Origin: Sinorhizobium meliloti
GTDB taxonomy: Bacteria > Pseudomonadota > Alphaproteobacteria > Rhizobiales > Rhizobiaceae
Reading direction: 5' to 3'
Assembly: GCF_017876815.1 (NCBI RefSeq)
Contig: NZ_JAGIOS010000003.1
Span: 1,500,001-1,532,000, forward strand
DNA length: 32,000 nt
Shown here piece by piece: positions 16,004 to 24,734 of this stretch; the stretch's first letter is position 1; the number at the start of each line of letters is the position of its first letter. The position numbers and the translations under genes were made by a program. The notes under the pieces were generated by a model. That model saw nothing but the letters and a program-made list of their open reading frames with translations. It had not been told where the DNA came from and made no database searches.

Positions 16004-16440
16004 TCACTGGATGCGCTCGATGCGCAGCGGGAATTCCCCAGGGACGTGAAGCGCTTCATAGCCGTCTTCGAAGCGACCGAGGCGGACGAGGCCCGGATGC
16101 TTGTAGTCGGCGTAGAACATCACGAGATTTCCCCAGGGCATGTAGTAGCAGAGGTCGTATGGCCGCTCGTCGGAGAAGGGTCCGTGTCCTTCGACCGTCA
16201 GTTTGCGTGGCAGGTATGCGATCTTCTCGTTCGATCCGAAGCCCTTGATCTCGAGATCGAGTGGAAGCAGGAGGCGAAGTCACGGGCGGACGGATTGTCG
16301 TAAAGTGTCGCCGTCATCGTGTGGTGGCCGAAGGTAAGCCTTATCTTCACGTCAGTCGGCTCCTGTTGTTGGGTTCGGTGCGACCCAGGCCTGGCAGTTG
16401 CAAGGACGGCAGCAACTAGCACCAGGGTCCGGCGCGACAT
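16004..16440 (-). pseudogene. Cyclophilin-like-fold small protein gene with a 1-nt frameshift
   Basis: Frame A gives MSRRTLVLVAAVLATA...VKIRLTFGHHTMTATLYDNPSARDFAS. Frame B continues LLPLDLEIKGFGSNEKIAYLPRKLTVEGHGPFSDERPYDLCYYMPWGNLVMFYADYKHPGLVRLGRFEDGYEALHVPGEFPLRIERIQ*. The switch is at 16263-16275, inside a C run. Confidence 0.65.
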
Positions 16441-16457
16441 GAAGGGCGGCCGATAGC

Positions 16458-17645
16458 TCATGAGGCTCTCCTGACGGTGTACCAGGCGGCGATCGACGCG
16501 AGAGACGAGCCGACAAGCAAGGCTGCGCTGAGGGCAAAGGCGGACCACCAACCGACCGTGTCGAAGAGGAGGCCGCCGATCGATGCTCCTGCCGTGATCG
16601 CGAGCTGGATGACCGCGACCTGCAACCCTCCTCCCGCCTCGGCGTCATCGGCGAGATATCGGCTGAGCCAGGTTCCCCACCCGACAGGAGCGGCAGTCCC
16701 GAAGAGGCCCCAGCCAACGAGTGCGGCGAACACGGGAAGCTCCCTGTCTCCAAAAGCGATCAGGAACAAGGCGATTCCTGCCATCACCAAGGGTATGACA
16801 ACAAGGATGCTGAACAGACGCTGCCTCAGCAGTCTACCGATCAACCAGGTGCCACCCGCCCCAGCGAGGCCCATCACGAGCAGGCTGAGCGAAAGCGTCT
16901 CGATGCCGAGATCAGTTACCTGCTCCAGGAAAGGACGCAGATAGGTGAAGAGCGCGAACTGTCCCATGAACAGGAGCAGGATCGCCATCATCCCCGCGAT
17001 GACAGGGGGTTGCCGGAGCAACCTCAACACGTTCGGCGAAGACTGGCCGGCCCGGACAGGCAGCGAAGGAAGGCTGATAAACTGCCAGAGGATCGCAAGA
17101 AGGCTCACCGGAACAACGAGGAAGAACGCGCCTCTCCAGCCGACGTATGCGCCCAGGAGGCTGCCGGCCGGAGCCGAGATGGTCGCGGCGATCGCATTCC
17201 CGGCGTTGAGCAGGGCCAGCGCTGCAGGCACCTGGCTCCCTGATACAAGCCGCATGACGATCGCTGTCGACATGGACCAGAAGCCTCCGATCGAGATGCC
17301 AAGCAGCGCGCGGCCGATCATGAGGACGGGATATGTTGGCGCGCACGTCACGATAATGCCGGAGACCGTCAGAAGAGCGGTCAGTCCGAGAACCACGATC
17401 CTCCGGTCGAGCCGACGGGTGATCGTCGCGATGAAGAGGCTTGTGATGACTGCGAAGACGCCGGAGATCGAGATTGCCTGCCCGGCCTGTCCCTCGGAGA
17501 TGCTCAGGCTCGACGCAATGGGTGTCAGAAGACTGACCGGCATGAACTCGGAGGCGATCAGAACGAAGACGCAAAGCGTCATGGAGAATACTGCTCCCCA
17601 AGCGGCCTTCTGGCTCTCGATGCCATCTTGAAAGGTTATGCTCAT
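16458..17645 (-). CDS. MFS transporter
   Basis: I trimmed to ATG 17645 (MSITFQDG...). 395 aa with about 12 hydrophobic segments. Divergent from the LysR gene. Confidence 0.85.
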   Translation of the reverse strand: MSITFQDGIESQKAAWGAVFSMTLCVFVLIASEFMPVSLLTPIASSLSISEGQAGQAISISGVFAVITSLFIATITRRLDRRIVVLGLTALLTVSGIIVTCAPTYPVLMIGRALLGISIGGFWSMSTAIVMRLVSGSQVPAALALLNAGNAIAATISAPAGSLLGAYVGWRGAFFLVVPVSLLAILWQFISLPSLPVRAGQSSPNVLRLLRQPPVIAGMMAILLLFMGQFALFTYLRPFLEQVTDLGIETLSLSLLVMGLAGAGGTWLIGRLLRQRLFSILVVIPLVMAGIALFLIAFGDRELPVFAALVGWGLFGTAAPVGWGTWLSRYLADDAEAGGGLQVAVIQLAITAGASIGGLLFDTVGWWSAFALSAALLVGSSLASIAAWYTVRRAS

Positions 17646-17775
17646 GTCATGGATCCTTGCGTGCTCGCGTTTCGCGACTTGCAGGAGAAAGATATTGCCG
17701 AGGGACTTTGCCAACAATCCGTGCTAATCCGCATGAAGTTATCGATACGGAACATCAATAGGAGCCTAGCTGGTC

Positions 17776-18669
17776 ATGCTGCGGGAGGATGTGAAGGATC
17801 TGTTGTGGTTCATCGAGGTGGCGAGGGAGCAGAGCTTCACCAAGGCCGCGGCCACGCTCGGCACCTCCCAGTCGACCCTCAGCCATACGATCAAGCAGTT
17901 GGAGGCGCGGCTGGGCGTCCGCCTGCTGACGCGGACGACCCGCAGCGTGGCAACAACGGAGGCTGGCGAACGCCTGCTACAGTCGCTTGCTCCAAGATTC
18001 GAGGGGATCGAGGCAGATCTTGCAGATCTGGTGGCTTTCCGGGAGAAGCCGTCAGGCACTGTGCGCCTGACGCTATCAGATCATGCTCTCCAGACAACGG
18101 TCTGGCCTAAGCTCAGCCGCATCCTGGCCGATAATCCCGACGTCAAGGTCGAGCTCTACAGCGACAACGGGATGCGCAACATCGTTGAGGAGCGTTTCGA
18201 CGCCGGCGTCCGGCTCGGCGAGAGCGTCGACAAGGACATGATCGCCGTGCGTATCGGCCCCGATTGGCGGCTGCGCGCCGTAGCCTCCCCGGAATATCTC
18301 GCCAGGCACGGGATCCCCGAGACCCCGCAGGACCTCGTCAGCCATGTCTGCATCAACACGCGCCAAGCCACTTGGGGCGGATTCTATGCCTGGGAGTTCG
18401 AGAAGGACGGGAGGGAGCTTCGGGTCCGGGTCGAGGGGCAGCTCAGCTTCAATTCCTCGATCTCCCAGATCGACGCCGCCGCCAAAGGATACGGGATCGC
18501 CTACATTCCGGAGGACCTCGTGGAAGAACACATCCAGGTGGGAGCGCTGCAGGCTGTCCTCGACGATTGGAGTGAGCCGTTCGCGGGATACCATCTCTAT
18601 TATCCCAGCCGACGCCAGATGTCCCCCGCGATGGCACTGATCGTCGATGCTCTGAGACATCGGAGCTGA
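17776..18669 (+). CDS. LysR-family transcriptional regulator
   Basis: N-terminal HTH (FIEVAREQSFTKAAATLGTSQSTLSHTIKQLEARLGVRLLTRTTR) plus a LysR substrate-binding domain. 297 aa. Confidence 0.92.
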   Translation: MLREDVKDLLWFIEVAREQSFTKAAATLGTSQSTLSHTIKQLEARLGVRLLTRTTRSVATTEAGERLLQSLAPRFEGIEADLADLVAFREKPSGTVRLTLSDHALQTTVWPKLSRILADNPDVKVELYSDNGMRNIVEERFDAGVRLGESVDKDMIAVRIGPDWRLRAVASPEYLARHGIPETPQDLVSHVCINTRQATWGGFYAWEFEKDGRELRVRVEGQLSFNSSISQIDAAAKGYGIAYIPEDLVEEHIQVGALQAVLDDWSEPFAGYHLYYPSRRQMSPAMALIVDALRHRS

Positions 18670-18744
18670 ACACGCGCCGCTTGCTTGTGTGAGCCTTCCA
18701 CGGCAGAAGCCCTATCTGCCGCTCCGGCTAGTTCGTCTCGGAGA

Positions 18745-19239
18745 TCAGGTGTAGGCTAGAAGCCGTCCGGCGAAGATGATGCCCGTCCATGCGGTCAATG
18801 ATATTGCTGCCCCGAGGCGGGCGGCGACGGGAGGCACCGCAACATCCGTCCAGTTATCCACGCTCCGGTAGATGCCGCCGTGGAAGACAGCTACATTGAC
18901 GCCGGCAAGAACTAGCAGACCGAACTTCCATGGTGCGGCTCCGGCGCTGGCGATCACAGTCGCCTGCGCACTCATCAGTGCGACGCCAGTTGTAGCGGCG
19001 ATGGCCAGGCCCGCGTGGGAGACCGGGAGCAGATAGCGCGCCGTTGTGGTGACGGAAACGGTACGGTGTCCCAAACCCAGAAGGCGGAAGTCGAAGGTGA
19101 AAGCGGGACCGACCAGAAGAGCGATCCCAATGATGTGGATGGCCTCAAGCACGGGATAGAGGTAACGGGCATTCCGTACCACATCGCCGAGGGCCGAACT
19201 CTGCAACATCATCAGCAGAGAGCTGAGCAGATCAAGCAT
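18745..19239 (-). CDS. Integral membrane protein of unknown function (about 4 TM helices)
   Basis: 164 aa and strongly hydrophobic. It lies downstream of 19349-19906 on the same strand, so they are probably one operon. Confidence 0.65.
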   Translation of the reverse strand: MLDLLSSLLMMLQSSALGDVVRNARYLYPVLEAIHIIGIALLVGPAFTFDFRLLGLGHRTVSVTTTARYLLPVSHAGLAIAATTGVALMSAQATVIASAGAAPWKFGLLVLAGVNVAVFHGGIYRSVDNWTDVAVPPVAARLGAAISLTAWTGIIFAGRLLAYT

Positions 19240-19348
19240 ATCCGTTCACGTCCATTCCGAGGGTGATGGCGCAGGTGAAAGGATCTTCCCACGCCTGCTG
19301 AGATGACGGCGAGCAGGATCGCCTCACGCCGTCTGTAGCGGCCGAAGC

Positions 19349-19906
19349 CTACTTCGGAAGGGGGGCTCGTACCGGAAGCGTGTTGCCCAGCACTTGGTTC
19401 ACCGGCACATTGTCATCGCCGTACCAGAACACGACCGGACGAAACAGGCCGTCGTTCGTCCGATTGATGTAGCCGACGGCCCGGAAGCGCTCGCCGATCT
19501 TCAGCGCACGGCCCAGGCCCCACCTGCCCGACCACGCAGGAGGAGCAATGATGATTTCCAGCTCCTTATGGGGACCTTTATATGAGCGAGCAGCATCGAC
19601 TCGGCTGCTATCCTCAGGATCTTGCAACTCCTCCGGAATCCTCAGATCAGGAGTGTCGGCAGGCATGCTGCTGTCCAGTGTGACGTCGAACTGGGAGTGC
19701 GGGTTCCCCCAGACGCCGTCCGAAGAAACCGTTCCCGAGATATAAATGAGGCGATCGGTCTCGAAGCCAGGCCATCCATGATGCGCGGCAGCAGGAGACA
19801 CCGGACCCAGAACGGCTCCAAGCGCGATCAAGCCGGCAATCCCTGACGTGGTTAGCTGCCGTAGTCCCCTAATGACACTAGGCGTATTAAAGATCATGCT
19901 TTTCAT
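19349..19906 (-). CDS. Secreted protein of unknown function (DUF6152-like; mature N-terminus HHGW)
   Basis: I trimmed to ATG 19906, which has AGGAG upstream. The signal peptide ends ...PVSPAAA before HHGWPGFETD. The family assignment is from memory and tentative. Confidence 0.6.
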   Translation of the reverse strand: MKSMIFNTPSVIRGLRQLTTSGIAGLIALGAVLGPVSPAAAHHGWPGFETDRLIYISGTVSSDGVWGNPHSQFDVTLDSSMPADTPDLRIPEELQDPEDSSRVDAARSYKGPHKELEIIIAPPAWSGRWGLGRALKIGERFRAVGYINRTNDGLFRPVVFWYGDDNVPVNQVLGNTLPVRAPLPK

Positions 19907-20226
19907 CTGGCGCTCCTTCCTTGCTGCACGCGTCATCGCGCTGCGCGGCATCGGATGCGAAAGGAGATATCACTGCGTGGCGCGCCCGATTAGCTGCCGT
20001 AGATCGCATGTGCTTATTGGAACGGGACATAAATGGGCGCGAACACATGCGAGGTGTAATCGGCGTCGGGCGACCTTAGCTGTCACCCGCCCTTTGCTTC
20101 CACTCTGAAACATCGTGAGCAACGGCCCTCGGAGGCAGTATCGCCCTTTAACAATGCCGGACCGGTTGAGAGAAAGTCGATCAGCACCGAATGCTCCTGT
20201 CGGGCGGGCGCGATAATGGCGTCTAT

Positions 20227-20410
20227 GACCGACATGGGGCGCAAACCCGCCGTCCCTGCGTAACGAATTGATTGTCCGCTTCGGATTACCAAATCGTGTC
20301 CGAAGCCAAAGTGCACAGTGATTGAAGGGATCCGTTCTTCACGAGCGCGTTGGACGGCTGGTTGCTAGGATGTTCACGTTCTGGGCCCAACGAGACCGCA
20401 TAATGTATCA
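20227..20410. repeat. Copy 2 of the ~190-bp repeat (arm, left core arm and spacer); the remainder is at 21604-21613 beyond the IS
   Basis: See the alignment to 353-541. The core reads agacCGCATAA-TGTATC-a[IS]atgggaacac. Confidence 0.85.
20403..20410. repeat. 8-bp target-site duplication ATGTATCA (left copy; right copy at 21596-21603)
   Basis: Identical octamers lie immediately outside both inverted repeats. Confidence 0.9.
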
Positions 20411-21595
20411 GGCCCTTATCAACCAAAGACAGCGACTGCTGATTTGACGATGATCCCACCATCCGGACTTCTGCAGTTGACGGCCGGTCGCGGCGCGAAA
20501 GATTTGCAGCAATTGCAGCGCCGGCGGCACTCGCGACCACAGGGTTTCATGCGTTCCCTGCCATTTCGGGTTTTCCGAACTGCCTGGCCCGTCACAATGC
20601 GCTGTGACCAGCGGAAACCGATCTCGTGGAAATACAGGTCGGCGTGCTGCGGGCTGATATGATGAAAGACACCGGCAATTGTGCGGCGGACGCGGGCATT
20701 GAAACCTTCGACCGAATTGACATGAACGGCGTCACGAACGTATTCGCGGCTGGAGTGCTTCACGGTGTCATGCCTGGCATAGTTCTCGCCAAGGGCCATG
20801 AACGCTGTCGCCTCATCGCTCATCAAATAGGCGTCGGGGTCGATCTGCGCTTCGGCCGCGCGCGCCGCTGCACGGAGCGAAAGACCAGTCACCACCGCAG
20901 CACGCGCGTCACCGGCCGGAGTGCCGGGCGTGACGTCATCTGGCCGTTGAACGATCACCATGACAGGCGTCTTCTGCGTATTCGGCAGACCTTTTCGGCC
21001 TCGTCCAGGCGGTGGATCGTTCGGATTTATTCTTGCTCGCCCACCGAGGTAAAAATGGTCGATCTCCACCGTGCCATCGAGCATGTGCTCGCGCGCCGCC
21101 ATGAGGCGCAGCGCGTGTCCCATCCGCCAGGCCGTCGGTTGGCTTACCCCCAGAGCCTCGGCCAGACGCACCGAGGACAAACCTTTATCCGACTGCAGCA
21201 TCAGCCACATGCCCTTCAGCCAGACACTCAAAGGAAGCTTTGTGGAATGCAGCGGCGTGTGTGTCGTCACCGTAAACTGGAACCGGCAATCGCTGCTGGA
21301 GCATTGATAGAGACCGGGACGCGCACGCCGCATGCCCATATCGCGCCCGGCGATCGCGATCGAGCGTTTGTAACCACAGGCAGGGCAAACTCTCCCACCC
21401 GGCCACACCATGCTTTCCAGCAACCGCCGACACTGCTCCTCATCGCGAAACGCCACGACCATATCTTCCGCGGTCCGAATGTTGGTAAGCGCTGCAAGCA
21501 TCTCCGACATTCTCATCTCCTTCGGATCATGCCCGAAGAATCGCACGATAGCCCTTGAGCATCAAGCTTTTTGCTGTCTTTGGTTGATAAAGGCC
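20411..21595 (-). mobile_element. IS1595-family insertion sequence, 1185 bp
   Basis: 23-bp terminal inverted repeats, 22/23 matching: ggcccttatcaaccaaagacagc at 20411-20433, and its complement at 21573-21595. 8-bp TSD. A single transposase ORF with a Zn-ribbon and an ISXO2-like DDE region. Confidence 0.9.
20419..21510 (-). CDS. IS1595-family transposase (possibly frameshifted near the C-terminus)
   Basis: Start MSEMLAAL at 21510 with AAGGAG 6 nt upstream. Contains CPACG...CSSSDCRFQFTVTTHTPLHSTKLPLSVWL, the transposase Zn-ribbon. The stop codon lies inside the left IR. Confidence 0.85.
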   Translation of the reverse strand: MSEMLAALTNIRTAEDMVVAFRDEEQCRRLLESMVWPGGRVCPACGYKRSIAIAGRDMGMRRARPGLYQCSSSDCRFQFTVTTHTPLHSTKLPLSVWLKGMWLMLQSDKGLSSVRLAEALGVSQPTAWRMGHALRLMAAREHMLDGTVEIDHFYLGGRARINPNDPPPGRGRKGLPNTQKTPVMVIVQRPDDVTPGTPAGDARAAVVTGLSLRAAARAAEAQIDPDAYLMSDEATAFMALGENYARHDTVKHSSREYVRDAVHVNSVEGFNARVRRTIAGVFHHISPQHADLYFHEIGFRWSQRIVTGQAVRKTRNGRERMKPCGRECRRRCNCCKSFAPRPAVNCRSPDGGIIVKSAVAVFG

Positions 21596-21792
21596 ATGTA
21601 TCAATGGGAACACAGCGTCGGCCTTGGCCGGGGTCCCTACGCCCGCCTGTTGCTTACCATTGGGAGAACGCTGTCACCAGCCTAACCCGACGTCGCGCGA
21701 AGGCCCTCTAGCTCGCAAGTTGCAAAAGAGCAGTGCGCGACGGGGCACACGAATGAAACTGATCGTTCCCGCGTTCGCATGGCGCCAGCCCA

Positions 21793-22509
21793 TTACGTAC
21801 CCTCGTCGACATCCTTCACATGTGTCAGGAGACCCTGGCCGCCGCGCTCGATATCCTCACGGATGGCATCACGCGCGCCTTCTCCGTCGCCGGCCTGTAG
21901 CGCCGCGATTACGCGTAAGTGTGGGTGCGGCTCCCAGTCCGGCAGTCCGGCGTCGTAGAGATGCGACAGGATCGGCCCGCAGCGCACCCAAAGCCCTTCG
22001 ACGATATCGTAGACGATCGGCATGCGTCCGAGGCGGCACAGGCCCAGGTGGAACTCGGTATTGAGGTCGACCGCCTTTTCGAACTGTTGCGAAAGATGGC
22101 ACTGTGAGATCTGCCGATGGATAGCCTCCAGCCCGTCGATTTCCTGCTTGGACGCAAATCTGGCCGCGGCCGCGGCCGCGCGCCCCTCCAGATCGGTCCG
22201 AACCGCGCGGATCTCGAGCAACTGGTCAAGCGTGAGGGTGGGGACAACCACGGTTCCGCGTGCGTCGAGGGTCAACGCCTTCTCGCTCACGAGCCGCAGC
22301 AGCGCCTCGCGCATCGGCGTCGCGCTGATCCCGAATCGTGCCGACATCGGCCGTAGGCGCAGGAGCGCGCCCGGTCGCAACTGCCCGCGCATCAGCGCTT
22401 GGCGCAGGTCGGAATAGGCGCGATCGCTGAGGTTCTCCTTGACGATCGGCTGCACCCAGTCGGCCTCTTCCAGGGTCTTCGCACTATTTTCTTGCAGGCT
22501 TCTTGACAC
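21793..22509 (-). CDS. GntR-family (FCD) transcriptional regulator
   Basis: 238 aa with HTH region AYSDLRQALMRGQLRPGALLRLRPMSARFGISATPMREALLRL. GTG start at 22509. Divergent from the ADH operon. Confidence 0.88.
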   Translation of the reverse strand: MSRSLQENSAKTLEEADWVQPIVKENLSDRAYSDLRQALMRGQLRPGALLRLRPMSARFGISATPMREALLRLVSEKALTLDARGTVVVPTLTLDQLLEIRAVRTDLEGRAAAAAARFASKQEIDGLEAIHRQISQCHLSQQFEKAVDLNTEFHLGLCRLGRMPIVYDIVEGLWVRCGPILSHLYDAGLPDWEPHPHLRVIAALQAGDGEGARDAIREDIERGGQGLLTHVKDVDEGT

Positions 22510-22531
22510 GCGTCACCTTCTTCGCGGATAG

Positions 22532-22541
22532 TGTTATAACA
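22532..22541. promoter_or_regulatory. Perfect 10-bp palindrome TGTTATAACA, candidate GntR operator
   Basis: It is the only AT-rich patch in the divergent intergenic region 22510-22637. It fits the GT-N-AC dyad type used by GntR regulators. Confidence 0.4.
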
Positions 22542-22637
22542 AATTACATATATCACAAACTTCGGCTTGTGCGAGCGGAAATCGTACACAGGGACGGGCG
22601 AGGAGGCCAGTCGCCGGAGCAAAAGCGGAGGACAAGC

Positions 22638-23702
22638 ATGATCGCGCTGCGCAAAACCGTGGCCGCGTTCGGCGCCGAACTCGTATCGCTCGGCGTTGCG
22701 CAGGCGCCCGGCTATGGCGAACTGGCCATCGAGGTAGCGGCCGCCGGCATCTGCGGCAGCGATATCCATGCCTATGAGTGGACAGCTGGGTACGAGTTCA
22801 TGACCGCAGTCATGCCGGTCACGATCGGACACGAGTTCTCCGGCGTGGTGCAATCCGTCGGGGAGGGGGTAAGCGGCTTTCGAGCCGGCGATCGCGTCAC
22901 CTGCTGGCCGACAAAGACCTGCGGCAAATGTCATGCCTGCAGCGCCGGGCGGCCGCAGGACTGCGGCCACCGCAGCATCATAGGTCTTCACTGCGACGGC
23001 GGCTTTGCGGAGAGAGTCACGGTGCCGGCTTCCAACTGCCGCCGCATTCCTGACGGGCTGGATCTCGAGATTGCCGCCCTGACCGAGCCGCTGTCGATTG
23101 CTGTCAACGCCCTCGATGTCGCCGAGGTGGCGCCCGGCGACTGTACCGTCGTGCTCGGGCCGGGACCGATCGGCCTCGGTGTTGCCTGGGTTGCCGCCAA
23201 TCGCGGTGCCGATGTCCTGCTGGCCGGCTTCAACGACGCGGTTCGCCTCTCCCTCGCCCGTGAGATGGGCATTCCTCACATCGCCGATCTCGCCGAAACC
23301 AGTCTTGCCGACGCTGTGACCGAGGCCTTCGGTCAGCCGGCCGATCGAGTGATCGAAGCCACGGGTGTCGCGCAATCTGTCGCCGACGGTCTTATGGTGT
23401 TGCGCTCCAGCGGCATTCTGGTTGCCGCCGGCATCCACTCGTCGCCGCTCCAGCTCGACCTCACCCGCTTCGTTCGCGAGAAGAAGCAGTTACGTGCGGC
23501 CCATGACACGACATCGAAGGCGCTCGAGGAGGCGATCCGACTGCTTGCAGAGAATGCCGAGACGCTCTCGTGTCTCATCACCCATCGGCGCCCGCTTTCC
23601 CAAGCCGTCGAAGCCTTCGAACTCGCCCGCAGCCGACAGGCGGTGAAAGTGCTACTGCTGCCGGGTGCTTTGCCCAGCCAGTTCAACGGAGAAGAGGCAT
23701 GA
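22638..23702 (+). CDS. Zn-dependent alcohol dehydrogenase (MDR family)
   Basis: I trimmed to ATG 22638, which has GGAG upstream. Contains GICGSDIH, GHEFSG, the structural-Zn Cys cluster CGKCHACSAGRPQDC, and GPGPIG. Confidence 0.9.
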   Translation: MIALRKTVAAFGAELVSLGVAQAPGYGELAIEVAAAGICGSDIHAYEWTAGYEFMTAVMPVTIGHEFSGVVQSVGEGVSGFRAGDRVTCWPTKTCGKCHACSAGRPQDCGHRSIIGLHCDGGFAERVTVPASNCRRIPDGLDLEIAALTEPLSIAVNALDVAEVAPGDCTVVLGPGPIGLGVAWVAANRGADVLLAGFNDAVRLSLAREMGIPHIADLAETSLADAVTEAFGQPADRVIEATGVAQSVADGLMVLRSSGILVAAGIHSSPLQLDLTRFVREKKQLRAAHDTTSKALEEAIRLLAENAETLSCLITHRRPLSQAVEAFELARSRQAVKVLLLPGALPSQFNGEEA

Positions 23703-24699
23703 GCGCCACCACCCGTGCCGTAATCGCATCCAGGCCCGGCGGCCCCGAGGTTCTCCAGATCGTGGAGCGACTCCGCCCCGTTCCGGGTGAAGGCGAGATG
23801 CTCGTGCGCGTCAGCGCCGCCGGCATCAACCGACCGGACGTGATGCAGCGTCAGGGCAACTATCCTCCGCCGCCCGGTGCCTCCGACATACTCGGGCTGG
23901 AACTCGCGGGTGTGGTCGAGAGCCTGGGGTCCGGAGTACGCCGCTTCAAACCCGGCAACCGGGTGATGGCTCTGGTCCATAGCGGCGCTTATGCCGAGTG
24001 GGCGGTCGTGCAGGAGGCCTCCGCGCTGCCGGTGCCCGACGGCATGTCCTTGGTGGAGGCCGGCGCCTTTCCCGAAACCTATTTCACGGTGTGGAGCAAT
24101 GTCTTCGAGCGGGCGGGCCTAAAGCCGGGCGAGACGCTGCTTATCCATGGTGGCACGTCAGGCATCGGCACCACGGCACTGATGCTCGCGAAGGCCATCG
24201 GCGCCAAGGTAATTGTCACCGCCGGATCGCCCGAGAAATGCGAGGCATGCCTGAAACTCGCGCCGATGGCGCGATCGATTACCGCCGCCAGGACTTCGTG
24301 GCCGTTTCGAAGGAGCTTACAGGCGGTCGCGGTCCCGATGTCATCCTCGACATGGTCGGCGGCGACTATATCGCCCGCAACCTCGAAGCCGTCGCCGTCG
24401 ACGGCCGCATCGCCCAGATCGCATTCCAGAAGGGCTCGAAGGCGGAGGTCGATTTCCTGCCGCTCCTGATGAAGCGGATCACACTAACCGGTTCGACGCT
24501 GCGCGCCCGTCCGCTAGCCATGAAGGCGAAGCTGGCTGCGTCGCTCCAGGAGCACGTGCTGCCGGTTCTCGCGCGCGGCGAGGCACGGCCGCTGATCGAC
24601 TCCACCTATCCCTTTGAACAGGTCGCCGATGCCCATGCCCGCATGGATAGCGGCAGCCATACCGGCAAGATCGTTCTCGTTATGGACACGCAGGCATAG
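23699..24699 (+). pseudogene. NAD(P)H:quinone oxidoreductase (Qor/PIG3-like MDR) with a 1-nt frameshift
   Basis: Frame A runs MSATTRAVIASRPGGPEVL...VIVTAGSPEKCEACLKL. Frame B continues ADGAIDYRRQDFVAVSKELTGGRGPDVILDMVGG...GKIVLVMDTQA*. The switch is at about 24259-24262 (ctcg-cgcc where ctcggcgcc is expected). The 1001-nt length is not a multiple of 3. Confidence 0.75.
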
Positions 24700-24734
24700 G
24701 CCTGCCCTCCGAAAGGCCAGGAAAGGAAATTAGC

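Noticed and set aside
20207-20232. Second dif-like string gcgcgATAA-tggcgt-cTATGaccgac at the left end of repeat copy 2
   Set aside because: The corresponding position of copy 1 (331-352) is not conserved, about 7 of 17 positions. Only the ATAA/TATG tetramers resemble dif, which is compatible with chance.
20083-20234. 50-codon ORF MSVIDAIIAPARQEHSVLIDFLSTGPALLKGDTASEGRCSRCFRVEAKGG on the minus strand next to repeat copy 2
   Set aside because: There is no SD and no recognisable family. Its first codons lie within the weakly conserved edge of the repeat, and copy 1 has ATT instead of ATG there. It is probably not a gene, or is a remnant.
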